A DNA stretch of 64,000 nt from Bacteriovoracia bacterium (lineage in GTDB: Bacteria > Bdellovibrionota > UBA1018 > JBFWNL01). Each line of letters opens with the position of its first letter. The first letter of the stretch is position 1. Of this stretch, positions 18,133-25,573 are shown one piece after another. The stretch is from NCBI GenBank assembly GCA_050251055.1, contig JBFWNL010000001.1, positions 619,825-683,824 of the forward strand. The letters run 5' to 3'. Below the pieces are notes generated by a model. It saw only the letters and a program-made list of their open reading frames with translations, made no database searches and had not been told where the DNA came from. The position numbers and the translations under genes were made by a program.

Positions 18133-19254
18133 TCAGTCAAATCTCCCGATTTGGACGATCTGACGGGGATCCACGCTCTGCGCGGTGAGGATGGATATCT
18201 TCTGCGCGACCGTCCGGGCTAGCCCAACGAACGCCTGCGAAATTTCCGATTTACGATCCCACAACACGGCGGGCGTCCCCTCGTCGCCGCCCTGGCGAAC
18301 GGTGGGCACGATCGGCAACTTCGCCAGCAGCGGGGTGCCAAGCTTACGCTGGAGCATCTCTCCACCGCCGGAACCAAAGAGCTCATGTTTGGTCGAGCAG
18401 TTTCCGCACATGAAATAGCTCATGTTCTCAACCACGCCCACGACCGGAATCTTCACCTTGTCCCACATGTGAAACGCCTTGCGCACGTCTTGCAAAGCGA
18501 CTTCTTGGGGCGTCGTCACCATCACGGTGCCCGCCACCGGCACGAGCTGCGCGAGCGAGAGCTGCACGTCGCCGGTGCCCGGAGGCATGTCGACCACTAA
18601 GTAATCGAGCTGGCCCCAATCCACCATATGGCAGAACTGGTTCACGACATTGTGAAGCATCGGCCCGCGCCAGATCATCGGTTGGTCACCCTGAGTCAGG
18701 AATCCCATCGACATGACTTTCACGCCATGCGCGACGGGCGGCACGAACACCTCTTGGACACCTTGGGGACCCGGGCGCTGGACGATTTTCGGGCCGTCGA
18801 TCACGCCCATCATGGTGGGAATGTTCGGACCATAGATGTCGGCGTCCATGAGACCCACGCGCGCGCCCTCGAGCGCTAGCGCCGTGGCGAGGTTTACGGA
18901 AACGGTGCTCTTGCCGACGCCACCCTTACCGCTCGAAACGGCGATGATGTTCTGCACACCGGGAATGGCGTTCTTGGCCGCGATCTGGTTACCGCGCGAG
19001 CGTACCTGCGAATCCATTTTCACTTGGATATCGCGTACGCCAGCCACGGCACCCACGGCATTTCGACAGTCGGCTTCGATCTTTGCTTTCATCGGACAGG
19101 CCGGCGTAGTCAGCACCACCCGGAACGAGACCCGCTCGCCCTGAATATCGAGATCCTGAATCATATTCAGCGACACTAAGTCCTTACCCAAGTCCGGGTC
19201 TTTTACGGTGGAGAGTGCGCCTAAAACCGCTTGCCGATCAACGCTCATTGCCAT
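18133..19254 (-). CDS. mrp: Mrp/NBP35 (ApbC) Fe-S cluster carrier ATPase
   Basis: DUF59 N-terminus (LTTPACP), SGKGGVGKST, DADIYGP, WRGPM, DMPPGTGD, ENMSYFMCGNC. Confidence 0.95.
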   Translation of the reverse strand: MAMSVDRQAVLGALSTVKDPDLGKDLVSLNMIQDLDIQGERVSFRVVLTTPACPMKAKIEADCRNAVGAVAGVRDIQVKMDSQVRSRGNQIAAKNAIPGVQNIIAVSSGKGGVGKSTVSVNLATALALEGARVGLMDADIYGPNIPTMMGVIDGPKIVQRPGPQGVQEVFVPPVAHGVKVMSMGFLTQGDQPMIWRGPMLHNVVNQFCHMVDWGQLDYLVVDMPPGTGDVQLSLAQLVPVAGTVMVTTPQEVALQDVRKAFHMWDKVKIPVVGVVENMSYFMCGNCSTKHELFGSGGGEMLQRKLGTPLLAKLPIVPTVRQGGDEGTPAVLWDRKSEISQAFVGLARTVAQKISILTAQSVDPRQIVQIGRFD

Positions 19255-19304
19255 GAGGAAGATGTATCAAAAACGGTAAGCTGGAGCAACCGCGTAGGTT
19301 TTGG

Positions 19305-19538
19305 TTATTTTTTGAGCTGAGCGAGCTCTTGTTCAAGTAGCTCGGTCACTTCGAACTCACAGCCCCCGCAACCGGTGTTAGCACAGGTCTCGGCGCGGAT
19401 CTTTTCGATCGTGTGCGCGCCTTTAGCGATGGCTTCCTTGATGGTTTTACGAGAAACACAGTGGCAAAAGCAAACCGTCGACTCGTCGTCGATCACGGGA
19501 AGCTCTTGATCCAGTTTCTTTGCTGCGCCGCTTTCCAT
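19305..19538 (-). CDS. BFD-like [2Fe-2S]-binding protein
   Basis: VCFCHCV...ANTGCGGC; directly upstream of mrp. Confidence 0.85.
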   Translation of the reverse strand: MESGAAKKLDQELPVIDDESTVCFCHCVSRKTIKEAIAKGAHTIEKIRAETCANTGCGGCEFEVTELLEQELAQLKK

Positions 19539-19559
19539 AGTTGAATTTTACCACAAAAC

Positions 19560-19586
19560 TTATCGGCAGAATTCGCCGTTTACTGA
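19560..19586 (-). promoter_or_regulatory. Sigma28 (FliA)-type promoter of bfd-mrp-kinase-like genes
   Basis: TCAG-N15-GCCGATAA: perfect -10 octamer and canonical spacing, ~22 nt upstream of the ATG. Confidence 0.55.
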
Positions 19587-19634
19587 AATCATCATAATTT
19601 CAAATAGATGCATCATCCCCACTCATTGCCCTCT

Positions 19635-19748
19635 CCCTTCCGAGCACTTCACTCGCTAGGACCGGGACGCCCCTCCGTGGGATTGACCGCCTTTTCCGCA
19701 TGGAAGCGTGTCCCCCTCCGGGCTAAAGTTTGAATGCTCCGCGGAGGG
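19635..19748. ncRNA. Long imperfect rod-like hairpin; candidate structured RNA
   Basis: Nested complementary blocks on the plus strand: CCTTCC/GGAGGG, GAGCA/TGCTC, TTCA/TGAA, GGGACGC/GTGTCCC, TCCGTG/CATGGA; intergenic. Confidence 0.4.
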
Positions 19749-19770
19749 TTGAAGGAGTCGAAGGGCCAGT

Positions 19771-20886
19771 TCAAAGGGTGAACTTCAGGTCGAGGCGGAG
19801 CTGATAGCGGCGGTTACCGTCTTGGTGAGCGATCGCGCCGAGTTCTTCCGCATAGGAATTGGCCGTGATCCTCAGCAGCCAGGCATTGAACCCAAACCCG
19901 TAGGTGAGGTAGACGCCGTTATAGCCACCGTAAATCGACATGTTGACGAAGTCGATCTCAAGGCCGAAGTGGTTCCGTAAGCGCCAGTCCGTGTCATTGA
20001 AAATATTTCGATGATCGTAAGCGAACGTAAACTGCGCCACGCTGCCCGTGTCGTAACGAATCGCCGTGCCGATGCCAAAATTCCCCATTTGCGTTTGCGG
20101 CCCTGGACTGTCGTCCCCGAAGTTCGTGTCTCCAACATCGAGGAAAGCGGCCCCCACGCTGAAGGTCACCTGGGGACCGATGGGCATAGAATACTGGGTC
20201 CCGAGATCCATGCCAATTCCGTAGTGGTAGTTGCCCATGATTCCCGTGATGAGGCTCGGCCCGCGGCTGAGTTGAAACAGCGTGCCCGTGGGCATGATCC
20301 GATAGCCCCCGCGGCGCCACAAGAACTTGCCCGCCATCCCTACCCGCAGCTCGGGTTGGGCGATCTTCGAGCGGCGCGGACGCTTGGCGTTGCCGAGCAA
20401 GTTAAACGCCATGCCGGCCTGAAAACCGTTCGTCATCTGGTAGCCCAAGGTGATTTGCGGCAGCGCCTGATTTTTTTCCAGCAACGCAACCTGCCCGTCC
20501 AGGAGCAAGGCAAAACCAAACCCTTGCATCACGTAGGTCGGGGTGATCTGGGCCCGTCCGTAGATATTCTTGCCCATGAGCTCGTTGAGGGAGCTGGCGG
20601 AAAAACTACTGAAGGCGCTGGAACTCTTGGTGTACGCCGCATAGGCGTCGACCGAACCTTCGACGAAAGCATCGAGATAATGAATCTGCGCGCGATCCAC
20701 GGCCGCAAGGCCGGCCGGGTTCAGGAACAAAGCCTCCTCATCGTCGGCGATCGCGATGTGCGCCCCGCCCATGCCGGTGGAGCGCGCGCCTCGATACATG
20801 TCCCGCAACGCCCAGTCGCCGTAATCGGCACGGACGTCGAAGGAGACGAAGGTTAGCAAGGAGATGAGCGGGAAAACGTACCGCAT
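19771..20886 (-). CDS. Outer-membrane beta-barrel protein (FadL/PorV/TraF-like N-terminal signature)
   Basis: Signal peptide; GARSTGMGGA...ALFLNPAGLA signature; amphipathic strands through to the C-terminus. Confidence 0.8.
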   Translation of the reverse strand: MRYVFPLISLLTFVSFDVRADYGDWALRDMYRGARSTGMGGAHIAIADDEEALFLNPAGLAAVDRAQIHYLDAFVEGSVDAYAAYTKSSSAFSSFSASSLNELMGKNIYGRAQITPTYVMQGFGFALLLDGQVALLEKNQALPQITLGYQMTNGFQAGMAFNLLGNAKRPRRSKIAQPELRVGMAGKFLWRRGGYRIMPTGTLFQLSRGPSLITGIMGNYHYGIGMDLGTQYSMPIGPQVTFSVGAAFLDVGDTNFGDDSPGPQTQMGNFGIGTAIRYDTGSVAQFTFAYDHRNIFNDTDWRLRNHFGLEIDFVNMSIYGGYNGVYLTYGFGFNAWLLRITANSYAEELGAIAHQDGNRRYQLRLDLKFTL

Positions 20887-20889
20887 CGC

Positions 20890-21915
20890 CTAGTTCCACC
20901 CGAAAGGGTCGGTGTTGATGAAGTTGATAATTCCGGACGCCGCGCACTTGGCCGGGTTTTGTGCATCCGTGAGCGCGGCGTTGGTGCAGCCGGTCCGCGT
21001 GCGCAGCTTAATGGGGCAACTCACCGCGCACTCGGCGTAGGTGAGCGTGCATCCCGATCCGGCCGTACCCGCGCAACCCTTGCCGCAGGCGTCCTTCAAA
21101 AGCGCGTCGAAGACCGTAGTGAGCTGGGTAAGCGAAGTCGCAACCGATCCACTCATGAGCGTCGAGGTGGCGCTGATTCCCTCGATCATGTTCAAGATCG
21201 ACCCTGCGTACGAGCAGCCTTCCTCGGTCACGGTCGCCGACGTGGTCCCCGGGAGGTTTTGGGTCTTCTGGTAGTTGCCGTCCGGCGCGCCGCGCTTGTT
21301 CTGGATCTGCCCGATATTCGCCATCGACACGAAGATCATGTAGAGATTCGAATCGCTCGTGCGTTGCGTATACTTGAGCGAACCCGGATTAAGCGTCCCG
21401 GCGTTGAACTCATCGGCCGCCGCGATCACCACGCCGGGCAAGAGCGCGGCCATGAGCGAATCGGTGGCGTACCAAGCGGACTGCAAATTCGAGTCACTCG
21501 AATAGGGAAAATACTCGGTCAGACGGCGCCAAAGCAAAGGGCCGGCGATGTTCGCCGTGCCCAGTTTGTCGACGAGGGGCAGAAAGTTGATGCCCGCGTT
21601 GCACCCGTGCGCAGACGCGCGAACCATGCGCACGTCGTTGTCGGTGAATCCGGAATTGTAGAGCGCGTCCATCAACGCGATCGCGCCCGCGCAATTGCCC
21701 GTACTGAGATAGATATTGGCTTGGGCGAGCATCGCTTGCTTCTGGTACTCGCTCGTGGGCTCCAATACCGGGTTGGCGCAGCCAAGCGCACCAAAGAGAC
21801 CGAGGAGATTTACGACCGTGAGCAGGCGGAGAAAGAAACCAAGCGCACGACGGCGCGCGTACGCGCGCGAACTAAGCTTGGGAGCCTTTCTCGATAAACG
21901 CAACAAGTCGTTCAC
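20890..21915 (-). CDS. Cys-rich lipoprotein with an N-terminal TPR-like helix pair
   Basis: Lipobox ALGC; ten Cys in the mature part; 3 nt from the barrel gene. GTG 21915 is the likely start (track start 21987). Confidence 0.7.
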   Translation of the reverse strand: MNDLLRLSRKAPKLSSRAYARRRALGFFLRLLTVVNLLGLFGALGCANPVLEPTSEYQKQAMLAQANIYLSTGNCAGAIALMDALYNSGFTDNDVRMVRASAHGCNAGINFLPLVDKLGTANIAGPLLWRRLTEYFPYSSDSNLQSAWYATDSLMAALLPGVVIAAADEFNAGTLNPGSLKYTQRTSDSNLYMIFVSMANIGQIQNKRGAPDGNYQKTQNLPGTTSATVTEEGCSYAGSILNMIEGISATSTLMSGSVATSLTQLTTVFDALLKDACGKGCAGTAGSGCTLTYAECAVSCPIKLRTRTGCTNAALTDAQNPAKCAASGIINFINTDPFGWN

Positions 21916-23092
21916 AACCTTCCTGGAGCGACTTCTCGTCGGTAGCGAAGCTGATGCGGATCCACCCCGGTTCGCCGAACGAAACACCGGGCACGACCGC
22001 CACTCCCGCTTCCTGCAAGAGCCTTTCCGCGAACGGCACGGAGTCCTCGCCTGGACGCAGCGCGGACTCGACCCCGAGGAAAAAATAGAATGCCCCCTCG
22101 GGCGTACTGATCTTTATTTTGCCGCTTTTTCGCAAAGTTTCCAAGGCCAGATCCCGGCGGCGTCGGTAAACTGTCAGCTGATCGGCGAAGTGCTTTTCCG
22201 GTAACTTCAAGCCAGCGACGCTAGCCCACTGGGCCAGCGCGTTGATGCCCGAGGTAGTTTGCCCCTGCAGCCGATCGATCACGCGCGTGAGGGCCGCGGG
22301 CGCCACCGACCAGCCGATGCGCCACCCCGTCATGGCGGCGCTCTTCGACATTCCGTTGACGGTGACCCCCCGCTCGCGCAAGGCAGGTACCGCTCCCAGA
22401 AACGAAGCGAAGCCCCCCGTCCCGAAAGTGATGCAATCGTAGATTTCGTCGCTGAGCGACCAGATCTGGTCACGCCACGGCGAGCGCAGGATCACTTCCC
22501 CCAGCCGCGCATACTCCTCGCGCGTATAAGTCGCGCCCGTAGGATTGGAAGGAGAATTCCAGATGACCATCCGCGTGCGATCCGTAAGCGCCGCCTCTAA
22601 CTGCGCGGGCGACATCTTGAAGCCAGATTCCGCGGTCGTGCGGACCACTTTCGGCACCCCACCCACGAGCTTCACCATCTCCGGGTAGCTGAGCCAATAG
22701 GGCGAGACAATCACCACCTCGTCACCTGGATTCACCGTGCAAAAAAGCGCGTTGAAGATGGCCTGCTTGCCGCCATTGGAAACAATTACGTCGGACGCGG
22801 TCCACGGCTTTTCCAAACCGGGTTGCTGCCGATTCGTCTTCTCGGCAATGAGCGCGCGCAGCTCGGGAATGCCCGCCGTAGCGGTGTATTTCGAGCGGTT
22901 CGCCGCCATCGCGTCCGCCACCGCTTGTTTCACCGGGGCGGGCACCGCGAAATCAGGCTCGCCCGCCGTGAGATTGATCACGGGCTTGCCCTGCGCGCGC
23001 AGCTCGTTGACAAGCGCGTTTAGCCTCAACGTCGCACTCTCGGCGATCACGTCCATGCGAAGCGCGAGCGGAGCGCGTTTCGAGTCACTCAT
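21872..23092 (-). CDS. PLP-dependent class I/II aminotransferase (aspartate aminotransferase-like)
   Basis: AGEPDF, NSPSNPTG, SDEIY, NGMSKSAAMTGWRIG, EGAFY, RISFA. Confidence 0.93.
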   Translation of the reverse strand: MSDSKRAPLALRMDVIAESATLRLNALVNELRAQGKPVINLTAGEPDFAVPAPVKQAVADAMAANRSKYTATAGIPELRALIAEKTNRQQPGLEKPWTASDVIVSNGGKQAIFNALFCTVNPGDEVVIVSPYWLSYPEMVKLVGGVPKVVRTTAESGFKMSPAQLEAALTDRTRMVIWNSPSNPTGATYTREEYARLGEVILRSPWRDQIWSLSDEIYDCITFGTGGFASFLGAVPALRERGVTVNGMSKSAAMTGWRIGWSVAPAALTRVIDRLQGQTTSGINALAQWASVAGLKLPEKHFADQLTVYRRRRDLALETLRKSGKIKISTPEGAFYFFLGVESALRPGEDSVPFAERLLQEAGVAVVPGVSFGEPGWIRISFATDEKSLQEGCERLVAFIEKGSQA

Positions 23093-23601
23093 TTGCGCGC
23101 CCCAGCCTTCCCCGCCGCGCCGCCGGCCGGAATGCGTGTCTTCAGCTCTTTCAGAACGGCTTTGGGCACGTACGGCGCGATATCGCCACCATAGGCAAAA
23201 AGCTCCTTAATCATGGTGGAGCTGACGAAATAGAGATCCTGCGACGTCATCATGAAAACGGTTTCGACGTCCGGGTTGAGCTGCTTGTTCATGCTCGCCA
23301 TCATGAACTCGTACTCAAAATCGCTCGCCGCGCGCAAACCGCGGATTACCGCGTGAATGGAATTCTTCTTTGCATAATCCATGATCAAACCGGGCCAGGA
23401 GTCGACCTTCACGCCTTTGCGGTCCGCCACGACATCACGGATCAACTCCACGCGCTTTTCGATGGGAATCAACGGCTCCTTGCGGGGCGTGCCGGACACA
23501 ACGATGATGATCTCGTGAAACACCTTGAGAGAGCGATCCAGGATGTCCAAATGCCCATGGGTCAACGGGTCGAATGACCCAGGATATACAGCGCGGCGCA
23601 T
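23089..23601 (-). CDS. coaD: Phosphopantetheine adenylyltransferase
   Basis: YPGSFDPLTHGH, RGLRAASDFEYE, VSSTMIKE. Confidence 0.97.
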   Translation of the reverse strand: MRRAVYPGSFDPLTHGHLDILDRSLKVFHEIIIVVSGTPRKEPLIPIEKRVELIRDVVADRKGVKVDSWPGLIMDYAKKNSIHAVIRGLRAASDFEYEFMMASMNKQLNPDVETVFMMTSQDLYFVSSTMIKELFAYGGDIAPYVPKAVLKELKTRIPAGGAAGKAGARK

Positions 23602-23616
23602 GCCTTAGGTATACCC

Positions 23617-23797
23617 TAGAAGCGGTCTCAAAAATACCTTCGTTACGAGGTTGAGCCAAAAAGCCCTCAGACGAGGACGCAGGATAAAAAGGACCGGAAG
23701 CGTGCCCTCAGGCCCGCTGAGGACATTTTTATCCGAGGACGAAGTCTAAGGGCTTTTTGGCCGACCGCAGTAGAAGGTAATTTTGAGACCGCTTCTA
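23617..23797. mobile_element. MITE/ERIC-like palindromic element (181 bp)
   Basis: 17-bp perfect terminal inverted repeat TAGAAGCGGTCTCAAAA (25 bp with one mismatch); internal arms GCCAAAAAGCCCT/AGGGCTTTTTGGC and GGATAAAA/TTTTATCC; TA at both ends; no ORF. Confidence 0.7.
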
Positions 23798-24349
23798 AGT
23801 CTTTTGGTAATACACCAACCGCGAATCTCCCTGCACTTTTTCCTTAGTTTTCACTAAGGAAGTCAAGCGGTCGGGGAGCGGCTCGTCGCGCGAAGAGCTC
23901 TCGATTACAAGCCAACCCTCGGGAGCCAGGCACTGCGCCCAGTCCAAATCTTCGAGGACACGCTTCTCGAAACCTTTGGAGTACGGGGGGTCGGCGAATA
24001 CCAGATCAAACGGCGCCAACGCGTGCAAGCGATCGATCGACTTCTGGAAAGGATCCGTCAAGATGCGGCACTTCGGCAAGACCTGGAGCATCTCTGCATT
24101 TTGCCGAATGAGCTTCGCCACCGGGGGGGCGCTCTCGAGGAACACGACACTCGCGGCGCCGCGAGAAAGGGCCTCAAAACCTAGGGCTCCGGAGCCGGCG
24201 AACAGATCCAATACACGGGCCGAAGGAACGATCGTTTGCAGGGAATTGAGCAAGGCTTGGCGCAAGCGCGCGGCGGTGGGCCGGGTCTTATCGTGAGAGG
24301 GCGTACGGAGCATGCGGCCGCGGAATTCACCGCCAGTGATACGAATCAC
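23795..24349 (-). CDS. rsmD: 16S rRNA m2G966 methyltransferase
   Basis: RITGGEFRGR, TRPT, LDLFAGSGALGFEALSRGA, DPPY; usual position next to coaD. Confidence 0.95.
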   Translation of the reverse strand: MIRITGGEFRGRMLRTPSHDKTRPTAARLRQALLNSLQTIVPSARVLDLFAGSGALGFEALSRGAASVVFLESAPPVAKLIRQNAEMLQVLPKCRILTDPFQKSIDRLHALAPFDLVFADPPYSKGFEKRVLEDLDWAQCLAPEGWLVIESSSRDEPLPDRLTSLVKTKEKVQGDSRLVYYQKT

Positions 24350-24368
24350 CGGATTAGGATAGCGCGCT

Positions 24369-24893
24369 TTAGGCGGCGCGGCGAACTGGAATCTTGAATT
24401 CGGAGCCGTCGGAGAGCTCGACCTTCAGGCATTGATCCACGAAGCAAACCGAAACCTCCTGGCCTTCGAACTCATAGGTGAGCTTCAGGGTCATATTCCC
24501 GGTCAAGTTCATCGTCAGGGTGCCGCTTTCGGTTTCGGTCGTCACGCTCGGCATGCGGTTTCTTTTTTCCACGTTTTTGCTCCTCACCGGGGTCACATTC
24601 GTCGCCGTAGCCGTGGCTAGTAGACTGCCTTCGGCGGGCTCCTCGTCCTTCATGTCGCCTAAAGTTTCTTCCAGGGAAGGCTCTTCGCTCGAACCCGCGC
24701 GGAAATCGCCCATGCCGTCTTCCTCAGCGGTGGCATCCGGCTGGGGAACCATGCGGAGCTGAGGCCCACCGTGTTCTTCGCCTCCACCGGAGCTAGCGAT
24801 TTCGTTTTGAAGCTTCTCGAGCTCGTTCATGATCTGATCGATCTCATCTTGTCCGGCGCCCGAGGCTGATTTGGCTTTTGGCTCTGCTCCCAT
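24369..24893 (-). CDS. Hypothetical protein: acidic disordered N-half, small beta-rich C-terminal domain
   Basis: ATG 24893 with GGGAG RBS, in frame with ORF 24369..24956; protein-like composition. Confidence 0.75.
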   Translation of the reverse strand: MGAEPKAKSASGAGQDEIDQIMNELEKLQNEIASSGGGEEHGGPQLRMVPQPDATAEEDGMGDFRAGSSEEPSLEETLGDMKDEEPAEGSLLATATATNVTPVRSKNVEKRNRMPSVTTETESGTLTMNLTGNMTLKLTYEFEGQEVSVCFVDQCLKVELSDGSEFKIPVRRAA

Positions 24894-24916
24894 AAAGGAA
24901 ATCTCCCTGTGCATGC

Positions 24917-24943
24917 TCTTCGGAGCAATGGCAGGCGAAATTA
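24917..24943 (-). promoter_or_regulatory. Possible sigma28-type promoter
   Basis: TAAT-N15-TCCGAAGA, ~24 nt upstream of ATG 24893. Confidence 0.3.
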
Positions 24944-25031
24944 ACGACGCACACACAGAAGCGTGGGACCGGAAAAGGAAACGCTAGAATCCTGGCGGAA
25001 ACCCGTCGGTGAATTGACGGGAGGCGCGATC

Positions 25032-25313
25032 CTACCGAAAATCGATGGTATGCACCTTCGTTTCGGCCATCTCATCCGAAAGAAAGGACTGCACTTGTAC
25101 CCCGCGGCGGGCATTTGCGTCCTCGCTTGGCCGGGCAATCTGGCAAACGTAGTCGGGGTTTAAACCCTGCTGGATGAGATAGACGGCGAGGTTTTCCGCT
25201 TTTTTATCCCCTCGAACGCATTCGGGAGCGGAGACAACGACTTCCGCCTGAGCTACAGAAAGGAATCCTAAACTTAAAATGATGAGTCGCGTAAAACGTA
25301 CTGCCAAAACCAT
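25032..25313 (-). CDS. Small secreted hypothetical protein
   Basis: Signal peptide (AQA), two Cys, AGGGGGA RBS. Confidence 0.6.
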   Translation of the reverse strand: MVLAVRFTRLIILSLGFLSVAQAEVVVSAPECVRGDKKAENLAVYLIQQGLNPDYVCQIARPSEDANARRGVQVQSFLSDEMAETKVHTIDFR

Positions 25314-25573
25314 GATATCCCCCTAAAAACCACGACCTCTCCCTACCCTTCCATTTTAGCCCCCCCAGCGCGTCATGACACTGACTATGTGCGTTGTTTG
25401 TGATTTTTTTTAATAATAATTACATATAGTTAACCACTTAAATCACTGAAAGTAAATAAATATTAACTTTTATCTAACCCCCCATCTTTCACCCTTGATA
25501 GTAGACTGTTTGCGTCATCATTCCGCGCTGGCCGAGTGCTGCGCGTCACTGCTATTCCTATCCGTCCTTCAAA

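Noticed and set aside
19660-19730. c-di-GMP-I riboswitch (GGGACGC and CCGGGCTAAA fragments)
   Set aside because: The GGCAAA/GNRA P2 and GCAAAG junction are missing, and no gene lies downstream on that strand.
20011-21897. Plus-strand ORFs of 281 and 312 aa
   Set aside because: Fully antisense to the barrel and lipoprotein genes; Arg/His-rich shadow composition. The same applies to 3622-4530, 50189-51121 and 59524-60345.
25380-25500. Possible oriC or dif in the AT-rich patch
   Set aside because: No DnaA-box cluster, no good dif match, and no dnaA/gidA/parAB context.
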